Below, in pieces: positions 21,968 to 34,167 of a stretch of DNA of 64,000 bases (position 1 is the stretch's first letter; each line of letters starts with the position of its first letter). The stretch is from Albugo candida (taxonomy: Eukaryota). The stretch covers positions 496,001-560,000 of the forward strand of contig JBDOQK010000010.1 in NCBI GenBank assembly GCA_040437565.1, in the 5' to 3' direction. The notes under the pieces are model-generated. The model had not been told where the DNA came from. It ran no database searches and worked only from the letters and a program-made list of their open reading frames with translations. Both the position numbers and the translations under genes were made by a program.

Positions 21968-24445
21968 ATGCGGTATCGTAATCGTAGCAACCATACTTCT
22001 GAAGGAAAGACTTTGCTCCCTACAACGACAGCGCCGAAAAGTAAATCGTTAGCATCTTCCTGTATAGCGTTTTCGAATGATAAGACACCAGCTAGTTCCA
22101 ATGAATTACAAAATCAACCAAGGCGAAGAAAAACTACCGCTTCGTACTTAAAGCATTCACCGAATAACACACAATCATCAAACAGTGTCGATAAAATCAA
22201 AATCAGAACGAAACGGCGAAGTTTGCTGAAATTAACGCCAATTGAAGCGATTGATTTGACGCCGGCTGAAAATGGTCGGACTCGCAATGTATATTGTACA
22301 TTGGTATTACTCGACTCGGAACTTCGCGAGATTCGCGGAGAAAAGTATCGTACCCCTCCACTTCGTCAAGTTACTCCAGTATGGAGTCCACTGAAAGCTA
22401 CAATGGTTCGATCGGTTGAAAGTGGAGTGGAGAGTTATCAACCTATTGGAATTGGTGCTGCGGCTGTGGCAGAAGAGTACACTTTTGGCACTGTTGTTAA
22501 TATACGAAAAGCCAAATATTTACTCATAAAATGCAAAGATAAAGGACGTATGGAGACCGATGATTTAGGTCGTCTTCTATTGAGTTTAGACGATATATTG
22601 AGTGGATCAGACACAGAAAATGAACGAATTGCATGGTATGATCTTCAATTAGGTCACGGAGGTAGACTGAAGCAAGTGCAGGGCAAAGTGCGGATTGCTA
22701 CGCGAACAGTGCGTGAGCCAAGTTTGTACCAGCTTTGGGCCTGTGCCGAGCAATTGCGAAAAGAAGTACCTAGTCGCGATAGAAGTTTGTATCTGAAGCC
22801 TCATCCGTGTGTTATTACGGGGAAAGAAGCCACTGAGTGGATGCTTTGTCATGGTCCTAAACGGCCCATGGATGGTGGTATATCATGCTCTACCGAAGAA
22901 GAAGCCATTTTGTTAGGCTCTTGTCTATTAAGACGAGGTATTCTTGTCCATGTGACCGGAAGTGGAGATTCTCAGCGATTTATCAACAGCGGATGGCGTT
23001 ATTATCGTTTTGCGGTGCATCATCTGGATCCAAATAAACAGCGTGATGCCAATAAGCTCAAGACGCTTATTTTGTCTGGTAAGGCTGAAGAAGAAGATGA
23101 AGAAGCAGAAGATTCGCTCTCAATGGTCACGGCCGGAATGCATGTACCAATGGAAAATGAATCAAAGAAGAGTGGACAGTCACTTTCCTCGATGCGTCAC
23201 AAATCATCCGATGCGATGTCTTCGAAACCAAAACGAAGCCTTTCAAAGTCCAACGGATCCAAATCTTCTCGCTCGAACTCGACAGGTACTACTGCCGTTC
23301 GAAAAGCGAGTTTAGAAGCTGACCGGGCTCAGAGTACCAACAAAGCTGATCGAGGTAAATCCAAGTCAAAGCTTCGAATTGAAGATTTTGAGCTATTGAA
23401 AGTACTGGGTACGGGCACCTTTGGTCGAGTATTATCCGCGCGTGGACCCGACGGACAAGTGTATGCGATCAAAATTATCAGTAAGATCGGTCTTGAGAAC
23501 TCCCATCGTCGGAATGCCAAAATTGAACGCGATATCTTGAAACAAGTGGATCATCCTTTCGTTGCGTCACTGCAATTCGCATTCCAGAACGAAGACAAGT
23601 TGTACCTTGGTATGGAATTTTTTAACGGTGGAGATTTGCGACATCATTTAACGTCAGAAGCGGTATCTCCAGCCGTTCCTGGAATAGTTAATACAACACA
23701 ACGATTCACAGAGTCTCGCATCCAGTTATATGCTGCAGAGCTCGTCGCTGGCTTGGCTCATCTCCACTCTATGGAAATCATATACCGTGATCTGAAACCT
23801 GAAAACATTATAATCGCGAAAGATGGTCATATTGTTTTGGTAGATTTTGGGCTTTCCAAATTTGATTCTCAGCGGATCAAGGCTCACTCACTAGCGGGAT
23901 CACCAGAATATATCGCTCCTGAAGTGCTTGCGGTCGCCACTACTACATCATCCGAGACGAAATCCAAAGAGCACAATCAAATTGGTTATGACAAATCTTG
24001 TGACTGGTGGAGTTTGGGTATTCTGATATTTGAAATGTTTGTGGGAAGAACTCCTTTCAAAGATGAAAATACCGCCATTATGTATCGAAATATTCGCGAA
24101 GGCCAACTATTCCTCCCACCGGCTCTACCGGATAGCGCACGCTCCCTACTCATCGGGCTTCTTGAGCGTGATGCATCGAAGCGTCTGGGAGCAAACGAAA
24201 CTGTTCCGTTTTCGATTATGAGGCACTCATTTTTTCAAAATATTGACTGGGACGCCCTCCAGCGTAAGGAAATCGAGCCGGAGTGGGTGCCGGATATAAT
24301 CGATGATGCTGACGCCAAGTATATCGACAATGAGTTTGTCAATCAGCTTCCAGTGGACACGCCCGAGTGGAGAATGCTCGATTCAGTCGACCGGGAGCGC
24401 GAGTACCTTCCAGATTTTACTTTTCAGCCAAAGCAAATGCTTTAA
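21968..24445 (+). CDS. AGC-family Ser/Thr kinase (PKB/SGK/S6K-like) with N-terminal C2 and DEP domains
   Basis: C2: LKLTPIEAIDL...VYCTL...LLIKCKDKGRMETDDLGRLLLSL...WYDL. DEP: VITGKEATEWML...EEAILLGSCLLRRGILVHV...F...YYRF. Kinase: GTGTFG, YRDLKPEN, DFG, GSPEYIAPE, DWWSLG. AGC tail PVDTP...DFTF. Confidence 0.92.
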   Translation: MRYRNRSNHTSEGKTLLPTTTAPKSKSLASSCIAFSNDKTPASSNELQNQPRRRKTTASYLKHSPNNTQSSNSVDKIKIRTKRRSLLKLTPIEAIDLTPAENGRTRNVYCTLVLLDSELREIRGEKYRTPPLRQVTPVWSPLKATMVRSVESGVESYQPIGIGAAAVAEEYTFGTVVNIRKAKYLLIKCKDKGRMETDDLGRLLLSLDDILSGSDTENERIAWYDLQLGHGGRLKQVQGKVRIATRTVREPSLYQLWACAEQLRKEVPSRDRSLYLKPHPCVITGKEATEWMLCHGPKRPMDGGISCSTEEEAILLGSCLLRRGILVHVTGSGDSQRFINSGWRYYRFAVHHLDPNKQRDANKLKTLILSGKAEEEDEEAEDSLSMVTAGMHVPMENESKKSGQSLSSMRHKSSDAMSSKPKRSLSKSNGSKSSRSNSTGTTAVRKASLEADRAQSTNKADRGKSKSKLRIEDFELLKVLGTGTFGRVLSARGPDGQVYAIKIISKIGLENSHRRNAKIERDILKQVDHPFVASLQFAFQNEDKLYLGMEFFNGGDLRHHLTSEAVSPAVPGIVNTTQRFTESRIQLYAAELVAGLAHLHSMEIIYRDLKPENIIIAKDGHIVLVDFGLSKFDSQRIKAHSLAGSPEYIAPEVLAVATTTSSETKSKEHNQIGYDKSCDWWSLGILIFEMFVGRTPFKDENTAIMYRNIREGQLFLPPALPDSARSLLIGLLERDASKRLGANETVPFSIMRHSFFQNIDWDALQRKEIEPEWVPDIIDDADAKYIDNEFVNQLPVDTPEWRMLDSVDREREYLPDFTFQPKQML

Positions 24446-24904
24446 ATTTAGCGATTAACAAAAGGGTTGTACCATGAATTTCATCAGTAACATCGAATAT
24501 AGCAAAGTATATTACACAATTAAACTCTCTAAGCTTTCCTTTGCAATAGAACAGTTGAAGATTGCAGCAGGAAGCTGTGCGGCTTCGTCTTTGGTATAAC
24601 AAGATGAAGGGACTGCGGCACATGCACACCAAGCGCATTTGTTATCAATGCAAGTTTCTGGAGTTTTGAGACCGTGACAATCGAGATTCTGTAGCACTCC
24701 ATATTGCAAGCTGTTAGTGATTGGTTCCGGGATGTACACCAGTGTGGAGTCACGCTCTCTCATATGTCCATTAGTCGCTACCAGCGTGTAAAGTTGCGCT
24801 GCACACAAGGCTTCGATTCCTCGGATAATTCGCATAGACGTTCAATTTTTGAAATTTACTATAAATGACTGTTATAAACAGATATATAATTCGACGCTGC
24901 CTCA

Positions 24905-27289
24905 TTAGTGAAGTTCACTCACGTCTATAAGTCCTCCCGGAGCGAACTTACCAGATACAAAATCTTTGTTGCTTCGGACTGACAATCGGTTTTCGTCGAT
25001 AAGATAAACAGTAGATTCGCCATCGAAATCTGATTCTGTAAATGCAATTTGTGACGATAGCAGGCTTTCACTCAATTCATTTATACTTTCGGGGTACTCA
25101 TGGTCACAGTGATTGCGACTATGATGTGCTCCATGCAAGCGACCGGAAGCTGGGCCACTATTCACATCATCATCGACTCCATAGCTTTGATCTAAATCCC
25201 AGTCATCGTCTGCTTCCACTGAGGTCTCGTGCATTGTTTGCGGGAGATAAGTACGTTTTCCTAAAGCGCGCTTTTCGGAGCCTAGCATTATCGGCATTCG
25301 ATCGTGACGGTACGGCTTGTTTACTTTGCCGGGGTATACATCATCATCTTCCGTGATCTGAGACGCCAAAAGCGGCAGCTGCGACTCCATAAGAGGGACT
25401 CTGTCCGAAGTAGNNNNNNNNNNNNNNNNNNNNNNNNNNNNNNNNNNNNNNNNNNNNNNNNNNNNNNNNNNNNNNNNNNNNNNNNNNNNNNNNNNNNNNN
25501 NNNNNNNNNNNNNTGGGCCACTATTCACATCATCATCGACTCCATAGCTTTGATCTAAATCCCAGTCATCGTCTGCTTCCACTGAGGTCTCGTGCATTGT
25601 TTGCGGGAGATAAGTACGTTTTCCTAAAGCGCGCTTTTCGGAGCCTAGCATTATCGGCATTCGATCGTGACGGTACGGCTTGTTTACTTTGCCGGGGTAT
25701 ACATCATCATCTTCCGTGATCTGAGACGCCAAAAGCGGCAGCTGCGACTCCATAAGAGGGACTCTGTCCGAAGTAGTCGAACTCGTTTCGTCTGTAGATA
25801 TTGTAGGTATGCTAAATGCTTTCATCATATTCACCGGTCGATGCACCATAACAGGGTCCGAATCTGTTTCTAGATCTTGTTTTTTCATTTGTACGCAATC
25901 TCTTCTAGAGTCAGGAGAGGATGCGCCATACCCTGCCCATAAAAGTCGATCTCGACCGCGTAAATGATGACTCATATACCGAGATTGTTTACTCTTTTTG
26001 GGTGAAAGTTGCTCGAGGCCTTTCGCTGTCAATCCTTGTTGGCAAGGTCGCATATCAGCTTCTATGAGTGACTTTCCCAAACATGAATAATCAAAATGGC
26101 CATCCGATTGGTCTAATCCACTCAAGGATCGACGAGTACGCGGTCGAAAGCTGGATGGGCTGAAGGCAGGTGACGAGGATTGAGTTAATCGCAATTCCTC
26201 TGCCGATGTTACCATTCCCTCCGGACAGCTTGACTCTGTACTGCAATTGACACAAATGCGCACTTTAATAGACGATCGACTTCTGCTCATAGACGTACTG
26301 GTACTTCGATCCGTAACATGTGAGAGGTTGAATTTTTGGTTACAATCGGAGCAAACAACTTCTCCACATGTACGACATCGCATTTTTCGTGTCAAAAATC
26401 GAAATCGTACTTGACAGATGCGACAGTGATTACGTTCGTGTTTTGGTACGAGTTCGAGTTCTTGTAAAATACGACGTCGACCAACGCGTTCTTGTTGTAG
26501 GAATGTGCTGACATGAGCGAGTAAACTCACACGCCGGCGGCAGAAATAAAAGTAGAGCGAGCGAGGAAGCCGAAGATTTCCTTTGAGATTTACTTGAACA
26601 GTGTGAATGAGTTCGACATAGCCTTTATCCTCGCACTCTACACACACGTAGCCCATGTTATACATGCTTCCTCGCACCAATCCTGTCTCGCGAGTGATCT
26701 CTGGACAGCACGACAGTTTGATTGAGTGCATGGACCGGACCCACCCGCGACATCCAGTATAATCGGTGAAAAGGTCCTGACATTCTAACGTACAGAAATC
26801 TCTATTCCGAACCCATGACGTTGGCACTTCAATAGCGGTCCATTGAACAGTAATCTGATGCATCCTAGCGTCCACTGTTGGAGGTACTAATGTGTAGAGC
26901 ACTCTGCTTTCTATAATGTCGTCCGAACATAAGTGCGCATATCGCCGAGTTTTGTCAGTTGTTGTTGTGTCGAAGAAGGCTGCAACTTCCTCCAGTGTGG
27001 CATGAATTTTGATTGCACCAGAGACGTACTGTATTTCGTCACTCGATCGCTCGTCCGATTGAGTGGTGCTGAAATTCTCTCTGCGCTCTTTCCCACGAAA
27101 AATTTGTACTCCTTTATGCGAGCCGGCGGGAATCCATTGAACTGGACCTGATGTATTCCGAATTACTTCAATCAAGGATCGAGCGGAATTTTTGGCTTGT
27201 ACGATGAGGTAGTCGTGTTCCGCGTCTACGAGAGGTGGGCAGTCGAAACGATCCTGAGGTATCATAGAGCGAGTGTTCCTCGGTTGCAT
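24905..27289 (-). CDS. START-like + FYVE-type zinc finger protein (~673 aa after collapsing the gap duplication)
   Basis: RNRDFCTLEC...GWVRSMHSIKLSCCP...GLVRGSMY; CRICQVRF...CRTCGEVVCSDC...RICVNC. Confidence 0.85.
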   Translation of the reverse strand: MQPRNTRSMIPQDRFDCPPLVDAEHDYLIVQAKNSARSLIEVIRNTSGPVQWIPAGSHKGVQIFRGKERRENFSTTQSDERSSDEIQYVSGAIKIHATLEEVAAFFDTTTTDKTRRYAHLCSDDIIESRVLYTLVPPTVDARMHQITVQWTAIEVPTSWVRNRDFCTLECQDLFTDYTGCRGWVRSMHSIKLSCCPEITRETGLVRGSMYNMGYVCVECEDKGYVELIHTVQVNLKGNLRLPRSLYFYFCRRRVSLLAHVSTFLQQERVGRRRILQELELVPKHERNHCRICQVRFRFLTRKMRCRTCGEVVCSDCNQKFNLSHVTDRSTSTSMSRSRSSIKVRICVNCSTESSCPEGMVTSAEELRLTQSSSPAFSPSSFRPRTRRSLSGLDQSDGHFDYSCLGKSLIEADMRPCQQGLTAKGLEQLSPKKSKQSRYMSHHLRGRDRLLWAGYGASSPDSRRDCVQMKKQDLETDSDPVMVHRPVNMMKAFSIPTISTDETSSTTSDRVPLMESQLPLLASQITEDDDVYPGKVNKPYRHDRMPIMLGSEKRALGKRTYLPQTMHETSVEADDDWDLDQSYGVDDDVNSGPXXXXXXXXXXXXXXXXXXXXXXXXXXXXXXXXXXTSDRVPLMESQLPLLASQITEDDDVYPGKVNKPYRHDRMPIMLGSEKRALGKRTYLPQTMHETSVEADDDWDLDQSYGVDDDVNSGPASGRLHGAHHSRNHCDHEYPESINELSESLLSSQIAFTESDFDGESTVYLIDENRLSVRSNKDFVSGKFAPGGLIDVSELH

Positions 27290-27379
27290 TGTATTTGATC
27301 TCACTATAGCCTTCAATAGCTTGTACTGAGTGTGATTGACACCGTGGCAGTGTGTGAAATAATAAAAAATAAGTCACTC

Positions 27380-28372
27380 ACTGAGTGAGAACATGGAAGT
27401 CGGTAAGAATTGGCCACTTTTAACATTACACATTCCAGGGGTACAAATTATGCGTTACTACTCGCATTCGTATGAGTAAAAGTTGAGAGACCCCCAAGAA
27501 TATCAGGAAAGATTACCTAATGTGTTGCCACCTAGTCGAGAAGACTCACACGTGTTTATGGGACAGCTGTGTACGATTGGCTCCTACATTATGATTGTCT
27601 CAAGGCTACTACAACTACCGCACAAAAGTACCTTTCCGTGACACGTGTGGCTCAGATCTGTTATTTGTGAGGCAATAGGGAACAATCCCATCGCGTCTCA
27701 ATTGAAATCGTAATGTGAATACAAGCCGATTCTATTTGAATTATACTGGAGGGATTTCTCAGATCTCAGAACTTTTTTCTCAGAAATATGGGATTTGACG
27801 GTCTACAAAGAGTGCTCTTTCGCAGCCATTACGATAGTGAAAGCGCGATGGCACCACTAATTCACTCACGATCTGAAACCGTTCAGCCTTCAGACCGTAT
27901 CTAGCTGGAAAAGGGGGTGGAAAGCGATTTGTACATCATACTCGATGCACTAAGTACGAACCCGATTATGTTTCCCATCTGCGCGAGTAGGGTTTCAACT
28001 CCTCTATAACAATACGGTATAGTTAAGCAGGTCTGCAGAATGCACTCTCAGGCAACAAATGTAAACAAATGTAGAGCCAGTGTGTACATCAGAACGGCGG
28101 TGTGAGTAGAGCTTGTACCACAAAACGTGATACCCTGTCGAAAACATATAGTGGAGCTGTCATGTCTCATTATGAATCCGAGTAAACTTACATCATCAGT
28201 ATGATTTAGATTATTGTTTCACGCATTGATTTATTCGTCGATCAAATACAACACAACGCAACAATTTATGAAGTGGTATAATAAATCTCAATCCAACGTT
28301 TCTGTACTGTTGCGTCGCCACTGCCTGCCCCTTTTGTAATAAAATGTGCCTGAGTGTGCTTTATCACTCAGT
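27380..28372. promoter_or_regulatory. Divergent promoter region with an identical initiator-like 9-mer TCACTCAGT facing each START-FYVE gene
   Basis: TCACTCAGT on + at 28364-28372 and on - at 27380-27388; resembles the oomycete INR (TCAYTY). Confidence 0.4.
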
Positions 28373-28408
28373 TTTTATTTCTATCTAAATTACTAGTCTA
28401 GCGGCATC

Positions 28409-31400
28409 ATGGTAAGTACTCAATCCGCTCGTCTGAAAGCACAATCTGAGGACCTATTGAGTGAGAGAAAGACAAGCTTAGAGGGCGTCGAGTCACCCAT
28501 CCACTCACATGTTCTTCAAGGCAACGTTCTGCCTGGGCAAATGCCACGATCCAGCGCCCCTCAAAGTCCGCATCAACCTGTCGATGTCTATCACCAAGAT
28601 ATTGTCATTCCGTTTGCTGATCAAAATCAGGAAATCCCAGATCAACCTCGGAACACAACTACTCCATCGTCTAATTATCGCACTCAAAGTATGCCATCTC
28701 AGATAAGTCTTCACCATGTACCTGCTCGAACGAAACGAGGAGTGAAGGCTAAGTCGCAGCTTCCATTCCACCGCCATCCTGATTTTTTCAAATGTCCTGC
28801 ATTAACGCATCCCATGAAGCTTTATCTCGTACAAAAAGCCAACGAAACCGCCAATTTACTTATTCGAGATTCCCTACAACATAATCCGAACTCGAGTATG
28901 GTGTGGCAGGAGTATACAGTCGTTGATGGTGTACCTGTATACCGCGGCTATGATCGCGGCCAAGGCGGAACCACCACAGTTTTGGGTGCTCCAATCAAGC
29001 ACAGAAATCATCAAGTATCCGAGCATGCACACCAATGCGAGGATAATCCGGTTCCTGGCTTTTCTGAGACGTCAGCATGCTGTCATGATCCCTTAGAACG
29101 GAATATATGCTGTCTACGCAGCGTCACCGATGTCAATGCGAGCTTGGAGGAATTTGCACTATTATTTCAGTCGGACGCGCGCAGTCCTTCCGCACTACCA
29201 AAATACAATTCCAAATTGAAGAAACGCTATTCGTTTCACGGAATCAAGTCAAAAACACGACTTCATCATAGCTATACAACGAGTTCGCGCGAGTGCGATC
29301 TCGCCACAATGACCAAAGAGCATGAATTATTATTTAATGGCGATGTTTTAGATACTGAGACTCTATATTCTCTCGTTCAACCTTCGTACAACCATCCCAG
29401 GCGCATGGTCGCAATTCGCTGGGCCCTCATCCAATCTGCCTCAAAATTTGTACGCAATCGCGATTTTTGCTTTGTTGAGGTATGAAAATGTGTTTTCTCC
29501 ACATTTTCTCGCGTCTAATTGTTTTTCTCAAACTGTAGTGTCAGAAGGAATTCCGCGATGGAAACGGACGTCGTGGTTGGGTTCGAAGCGTTCATTCAGT
29601 CCGATTATCGTGTTGCCCATCCTTTGAGGCTTCTCACAATATCGTCCGTGGAAGTTTGTATCGGTGTGGACTTATTGCCATTCAATCAGCAACGAATCCG
29701 AATGTGCTCGAGACAACGTATACAATGGAAATGGATCTCAAAGGTCGAATGCCCGAGAAAATATTACGCTCGTTCTTGTGTCATCGAATGGCATCGATTG
29801 GTAAAGTGAACAAATTGCTTCAACGGCAGCGGTTGAGCTCTTCTCCCCTCCTCGGTGACTTGGATATACCCGCCCGTCAAAACAAACCCACGTGTCATCT
29901 ATGCTTTCGACTTTTTCGAGTATTAAGAGTGAGGCGATACGTTTGCAGACGATGTGGTGAGTTTATTTGTTCCAACTGTAGTGACGACTGGCTATTGGAA
30001 ATTCCAGTGATTGGTCTTAAGCGTGTTCGTGTGTGTACCTACTGCTCTGCTGATGCTCGTACTCTTCATATTCGGGGACCAAAGTGCGAACAAGAGCGAG
30101 GAGAAGATTATCTACGGCGACCATTTGCCTACTCAAAAGCTCAAAGTCTCGGCTCGTATCATCATGAAAATGATGGACAAACGGAACGAGGATCGATTCA
30201 TTCGCATGAGGATCAATACCCAAATATTCCAATTTCACGATACTCGGAATTGTTTGTGTTTGACGAAGCTGATGAACGACCTCGTTATCGCCAATCGATC
30301 ACTCCACGACAAAGTTCTCAATATCCTTCCGACTCGGAAATACACAGATCAAGTCGTATTGATCGTCGAGGCGATATCTTTGATCATCGCCGAATTTCAG
30401 TTCGATATCCTACCGACCTTGAAAGTACTAACTCATTGCGACGCCTCCAGTCAGACGAAACTCATCGGCGGCCTATGAGTGCTAGAAGGTACAGACGTCC
30501 TAATTCGGAGCAATTCAGTCGAAACGATGTCCGTTCAATTCAAGAGCGTCATACGTTGGATTGTGAGCCGATGAAAACAAAATCACGTGTGATAGATCGA
30601 CGCGCGCAAAATCTGTCCATTGATCGAGCCCCAACGTGTTCGCAAAGAGAGGCAAGATTTTCAAGGCAAAGTACTTTGCAAGGACCCATCGAGGCTGCAC
30701 CATCACATGAAAACCAGACAGAAAAGGTCTGTCCGGCCGCATCGAAAACTCTGAATCATAGGCGGGAGGCTGATAGCGGTAAATCTTTAGAGCAGGAAAT
30801 CGACAGCTCAATAGCTTTGGCCAGTTCTGAGCTTTTTGAGTATACAGAAGGTGAAAATGGGGAATGGATTGCGAAGAAGAAGCTATCACACATGAGCCTC
30901 ACTGATCGGACAAAATCCCGAATTGTGACGCCCCAAGACGCTTATTCTCAAACTCAAAATTCCCTGGGAGATCATTTGAATGAATTGATCAATCATGAAA
31001 ATTTGGAAGCATCTCAGGTGGGCGAGGACAATGCTCCTTTCAGCCGCACGATTGTAGAACCAGAACACTTACACTTGCCGATTTTGGACTCTCAGTCCTC
31101 TCAGTGCTCCAATGACATTATGGAGCTTGAAGATTGCCCNNNNNNNNNNNNNNNNNNNNNNNNNNNNNNNNNNNNNNNNNNNNNNNNNNNNNNNNNNNNN
31201 NNNNNNNNNNNNNNNNNNNNNNNNNNNNNNNNNNNNNNNGGCCGCATCGAAAACTCTGAATCATAGGCGGGAGGCTGATAGCGGTAAATCTTTAGAGCAG
31301 GAAATCGACAGCTCAATAGCTTTGGCCAGTTCTGAGCTTTTTGAGTATACAGAAGGTGAAAATGGGGAATGGATTGCGAAGAAGAAGCTATCACACATGA

Positions 31401-31891
31401 GCCTCACTGATCGGACAAAATCCCGAATTGTGACGCCCCAAGACGCTTATTCTCAAACTCAAAATTCCCTGGGAGATCATTTGAATGAATTGATCAATCA
31501 TGAAAATTTGGAAGCATCTCAGGTGGGCGAGGACAATGCTCCTTTCAGCCGCACGATTGTAGAACCAGAACACTTACACTTGCCGATTTTGGACTCTCAG
31601 TCCTCTCAGTGCTCCAATGACATTATGGAGCTTGAAGATTGCCCGGACTGCGGTACAAAGTTTCAGCAGGTTTTGCGTGACGGAATGCTTCGAGACGTTT
31701 GTTTTTGCCCAATTGGTAGGGAAAATGACAGAAGGTCTCAGTCTCGAACCGCAAGCAATCGAGAACTTTTTGAGCCGAATTTGGAGCCTCGTGTCCCGGG
31801 GATGGCGTCCGGAAAGCCCTGTCCGATCCTATCGAGCCCTGTAAGCACGACGAGCACATTGAGCAACTCGGAAATGCCCAGTCGCGAGTGA
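28409..31891 (+). CDS. START-like + FYVE-type zinc finger protein, intron 29480-29538, long low-complexity tail
   Basis: RNRDFCFVE|CQKEFRDGNGRRGWVRSVHSVRLSCCP; CHLCFRLF...CRRCGEFICSNC...RVCTYC. The apparent frameshift at the 31140-31239 gap is removed by collapsing the 405-bp duplicate. Confidence 0.85.
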
Positions 31892-32143
31892 TAGAAATTG
31901 CAACGCTCATTTGCATATGATTTACAAAATTAATAGATTTGGGACTTTCATACTTACAATAAGACTTTTTAAAGTAATACACTGTGAGTTCATATACTGA
32001 TNNNNNNNNNNNNNNNNNNNNNNNNNNNNNNNNNNNNNNNNNNNNNNNNNNNNNNNNNNNNNNNNNNNNNNNNNNNNNNNNNNNNNNNNNNNNNNNNNNN
32101 NTTTAAAGTAATACACTGTGAGTTCATATACTGATACACCACA

Positions 32144-33326
32144 ATGGAAGAAGAGCAGGATCGACTTGAGCGCGCGTATTTACGAAATTTGGAGTACATC
32201 GAAAGGTAGGTAAGGCACAACTGCTGCAGAGCGTTAACATTTTCCTCGGTGAACTCATTTTTGTATCGTTAGTCTTGATAAGAAGCGCGAGAGCACTGTC
32301 AACGAGTTGGGTGCATCGAAACCCGGGGCCTCCAAGAATCGAAGCATCTACGTTACTGGTCTCACTACGTACGTCGCGTGCAAACAACTTGGTACGATGA
32401 TGCTCCAGAATACAGATGCATTACCTGAGAATGTGTACGGTGGAAAGAGGGTCTTTGTGCCAAAATTGGAAGAGTGAAGCGTATAAAATTTTACAAATGC
32501 GAGCGTGGGCGGCTCAAAGTAAGTCCTAATCAGATAAAATCGACTTTGTCGTGTTCCAGACGCATAACTGTGGCAAGTGCAATAGGGAGATGCTCTCGTG
32601 ACGTTTCTTTCGCATAGTGTTATGGAAAAAGCGATCGAAAAAGTGAGAGACACTTATAAGTGGATTCGGGGCTTTTCTCTTATGTTTCTATTGCAGCTCG
32701 ATCATTTCGAGATTAAACCCGGTGTAGTGATCACGTAGGTGAGGAGAAAGAATCATATGCACAACATCACTATTTCTGCTTTAGAGCGTCCGCTGCTGAC
32801 TTTGCAAAGCGTAAAGCCCAGAAGGATGAAACCACGACTGAGAAGAACGATACTCGACCTCATCTATCGACACCTGAAGCCCCCGTCGAAGCAAACAATG
32901 AAGCAAATTCGACCGAAATTGAACACATTGAGTCGATCGATACAGGTGATAGGAGTCCACTCCCACAGACAGTTGTTTTAATGAATGCATGGGATCCCTC
33001 CAAAAAGCAAAAGGATGTGACATTATATTTCAACGAGCTGGAAGGAGATATTCATTCCGAGTGTAGCAAATGTGGCAAAGTAGAACATGTAAAGACATAG
33101 CACATAAGATTTGCAGCGCCACTAACAGCTGACATCCTAGGTGCATATTGTCGCGAATGGGTCGATTCGGGTCCAATTTAGCGCGTTGGACGATGCGAAA
33201 AAGTGTCTCCAAGTTATGGATAAGCGATGGTTTGATGGACGGCAAATACAAGCAGTGCTTGATCCATCTCAGCCAGCGGACGAAGAAGATATAAAACTCG
33301 AAGAATTTTTAGCTTCCATCGATTAG
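32144..33326 (+). CDS. HTATSF1: Tat-SF1/Cus2-like splicing factor (RRM + UHM), about 7 exons
   Basis: SIYVTGL...KIGRVKRIKFYKCERGRLK|GDALVTFL; TVVLMNAWDP...ELEGDIHSECSKCGKVEH|VHIV...AKKCLQVMDKRWFDGRQIQA. Confidence 0.8.
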
Positions 33327-34167
33327 AGTACTTGTGGTGCCAAACAATCTTCCACGTCAAAATCTTAAATTTCAGTGTACATTTTGTGAGCCATAATACA
33401 TGTCCAAATTGGCGAGGCACACGCATGGGTCTGCTTAAGCTATCCATTCTGGCGATCAGCTTGAGATCCAGTGGACCCAAGTCGACGAATTCAATTGACA
33501 CTTGGATTTGCTTTGCTCGCGGAAACTTATCTGTACTTTGCAAAACCCATTTTTGGGATCTGTTTTCCTGTCCCCCACTCAAAAACGGTGTACATNNNNN
33601 NNNNNNNNNNNNNNNNNNNNNNNNNNNNNNNNNNNNNNNNNNNNNNNNNNNNNNNNNNNNNNNNNNNNNNNNNNNNNNNNNNNNNNNNNNNNNNNTTCCG
33701 AGTGTAGCAAATGTGGCAAAGTAGAACATGTAAAGACATAGCACATAAGATTTGCAGCGCCACTAACAGCTGACATCCTAGGTGCATATTGTCGCGAATG
33801 GGTCGATTCGGGTCCAATTTAGCGCGTTGGACGATGCGAAAAAGTGTCTCCAAGTTATGGATAAGCGATGGTTTGATGGACGGCAAATACAAGCAGTGCT
33901 TGATCCATCTCAGCCAGCGGACGAAGAAGATATAAAACTCGAAGAATTTTTAGCTTCCATCGATTAGAGTACTTGTGGTGCCAAACAATCTTCCACGTCA
34001 AAATCTTAAATTTCAGTGTACATTTTGTGAGCCATAATACATGTCCAAATTGGCGAGGCACACGCATGGGTCTGCTTAAGCTATCCATTCTGGCGATCAG
34101 CTTGAGATCCAGTGGACCCAAGTCGACGAATTCAATTGACACTTGGATTTGCTTTGCTCGCGGAAAC

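Noticed and set aside
25151-25776. Internal ~87-aa repeat in the START-FYVE protein
   Set aside because: Produced by a 263-bp gap-flanking duplicate that happens to keep frame.
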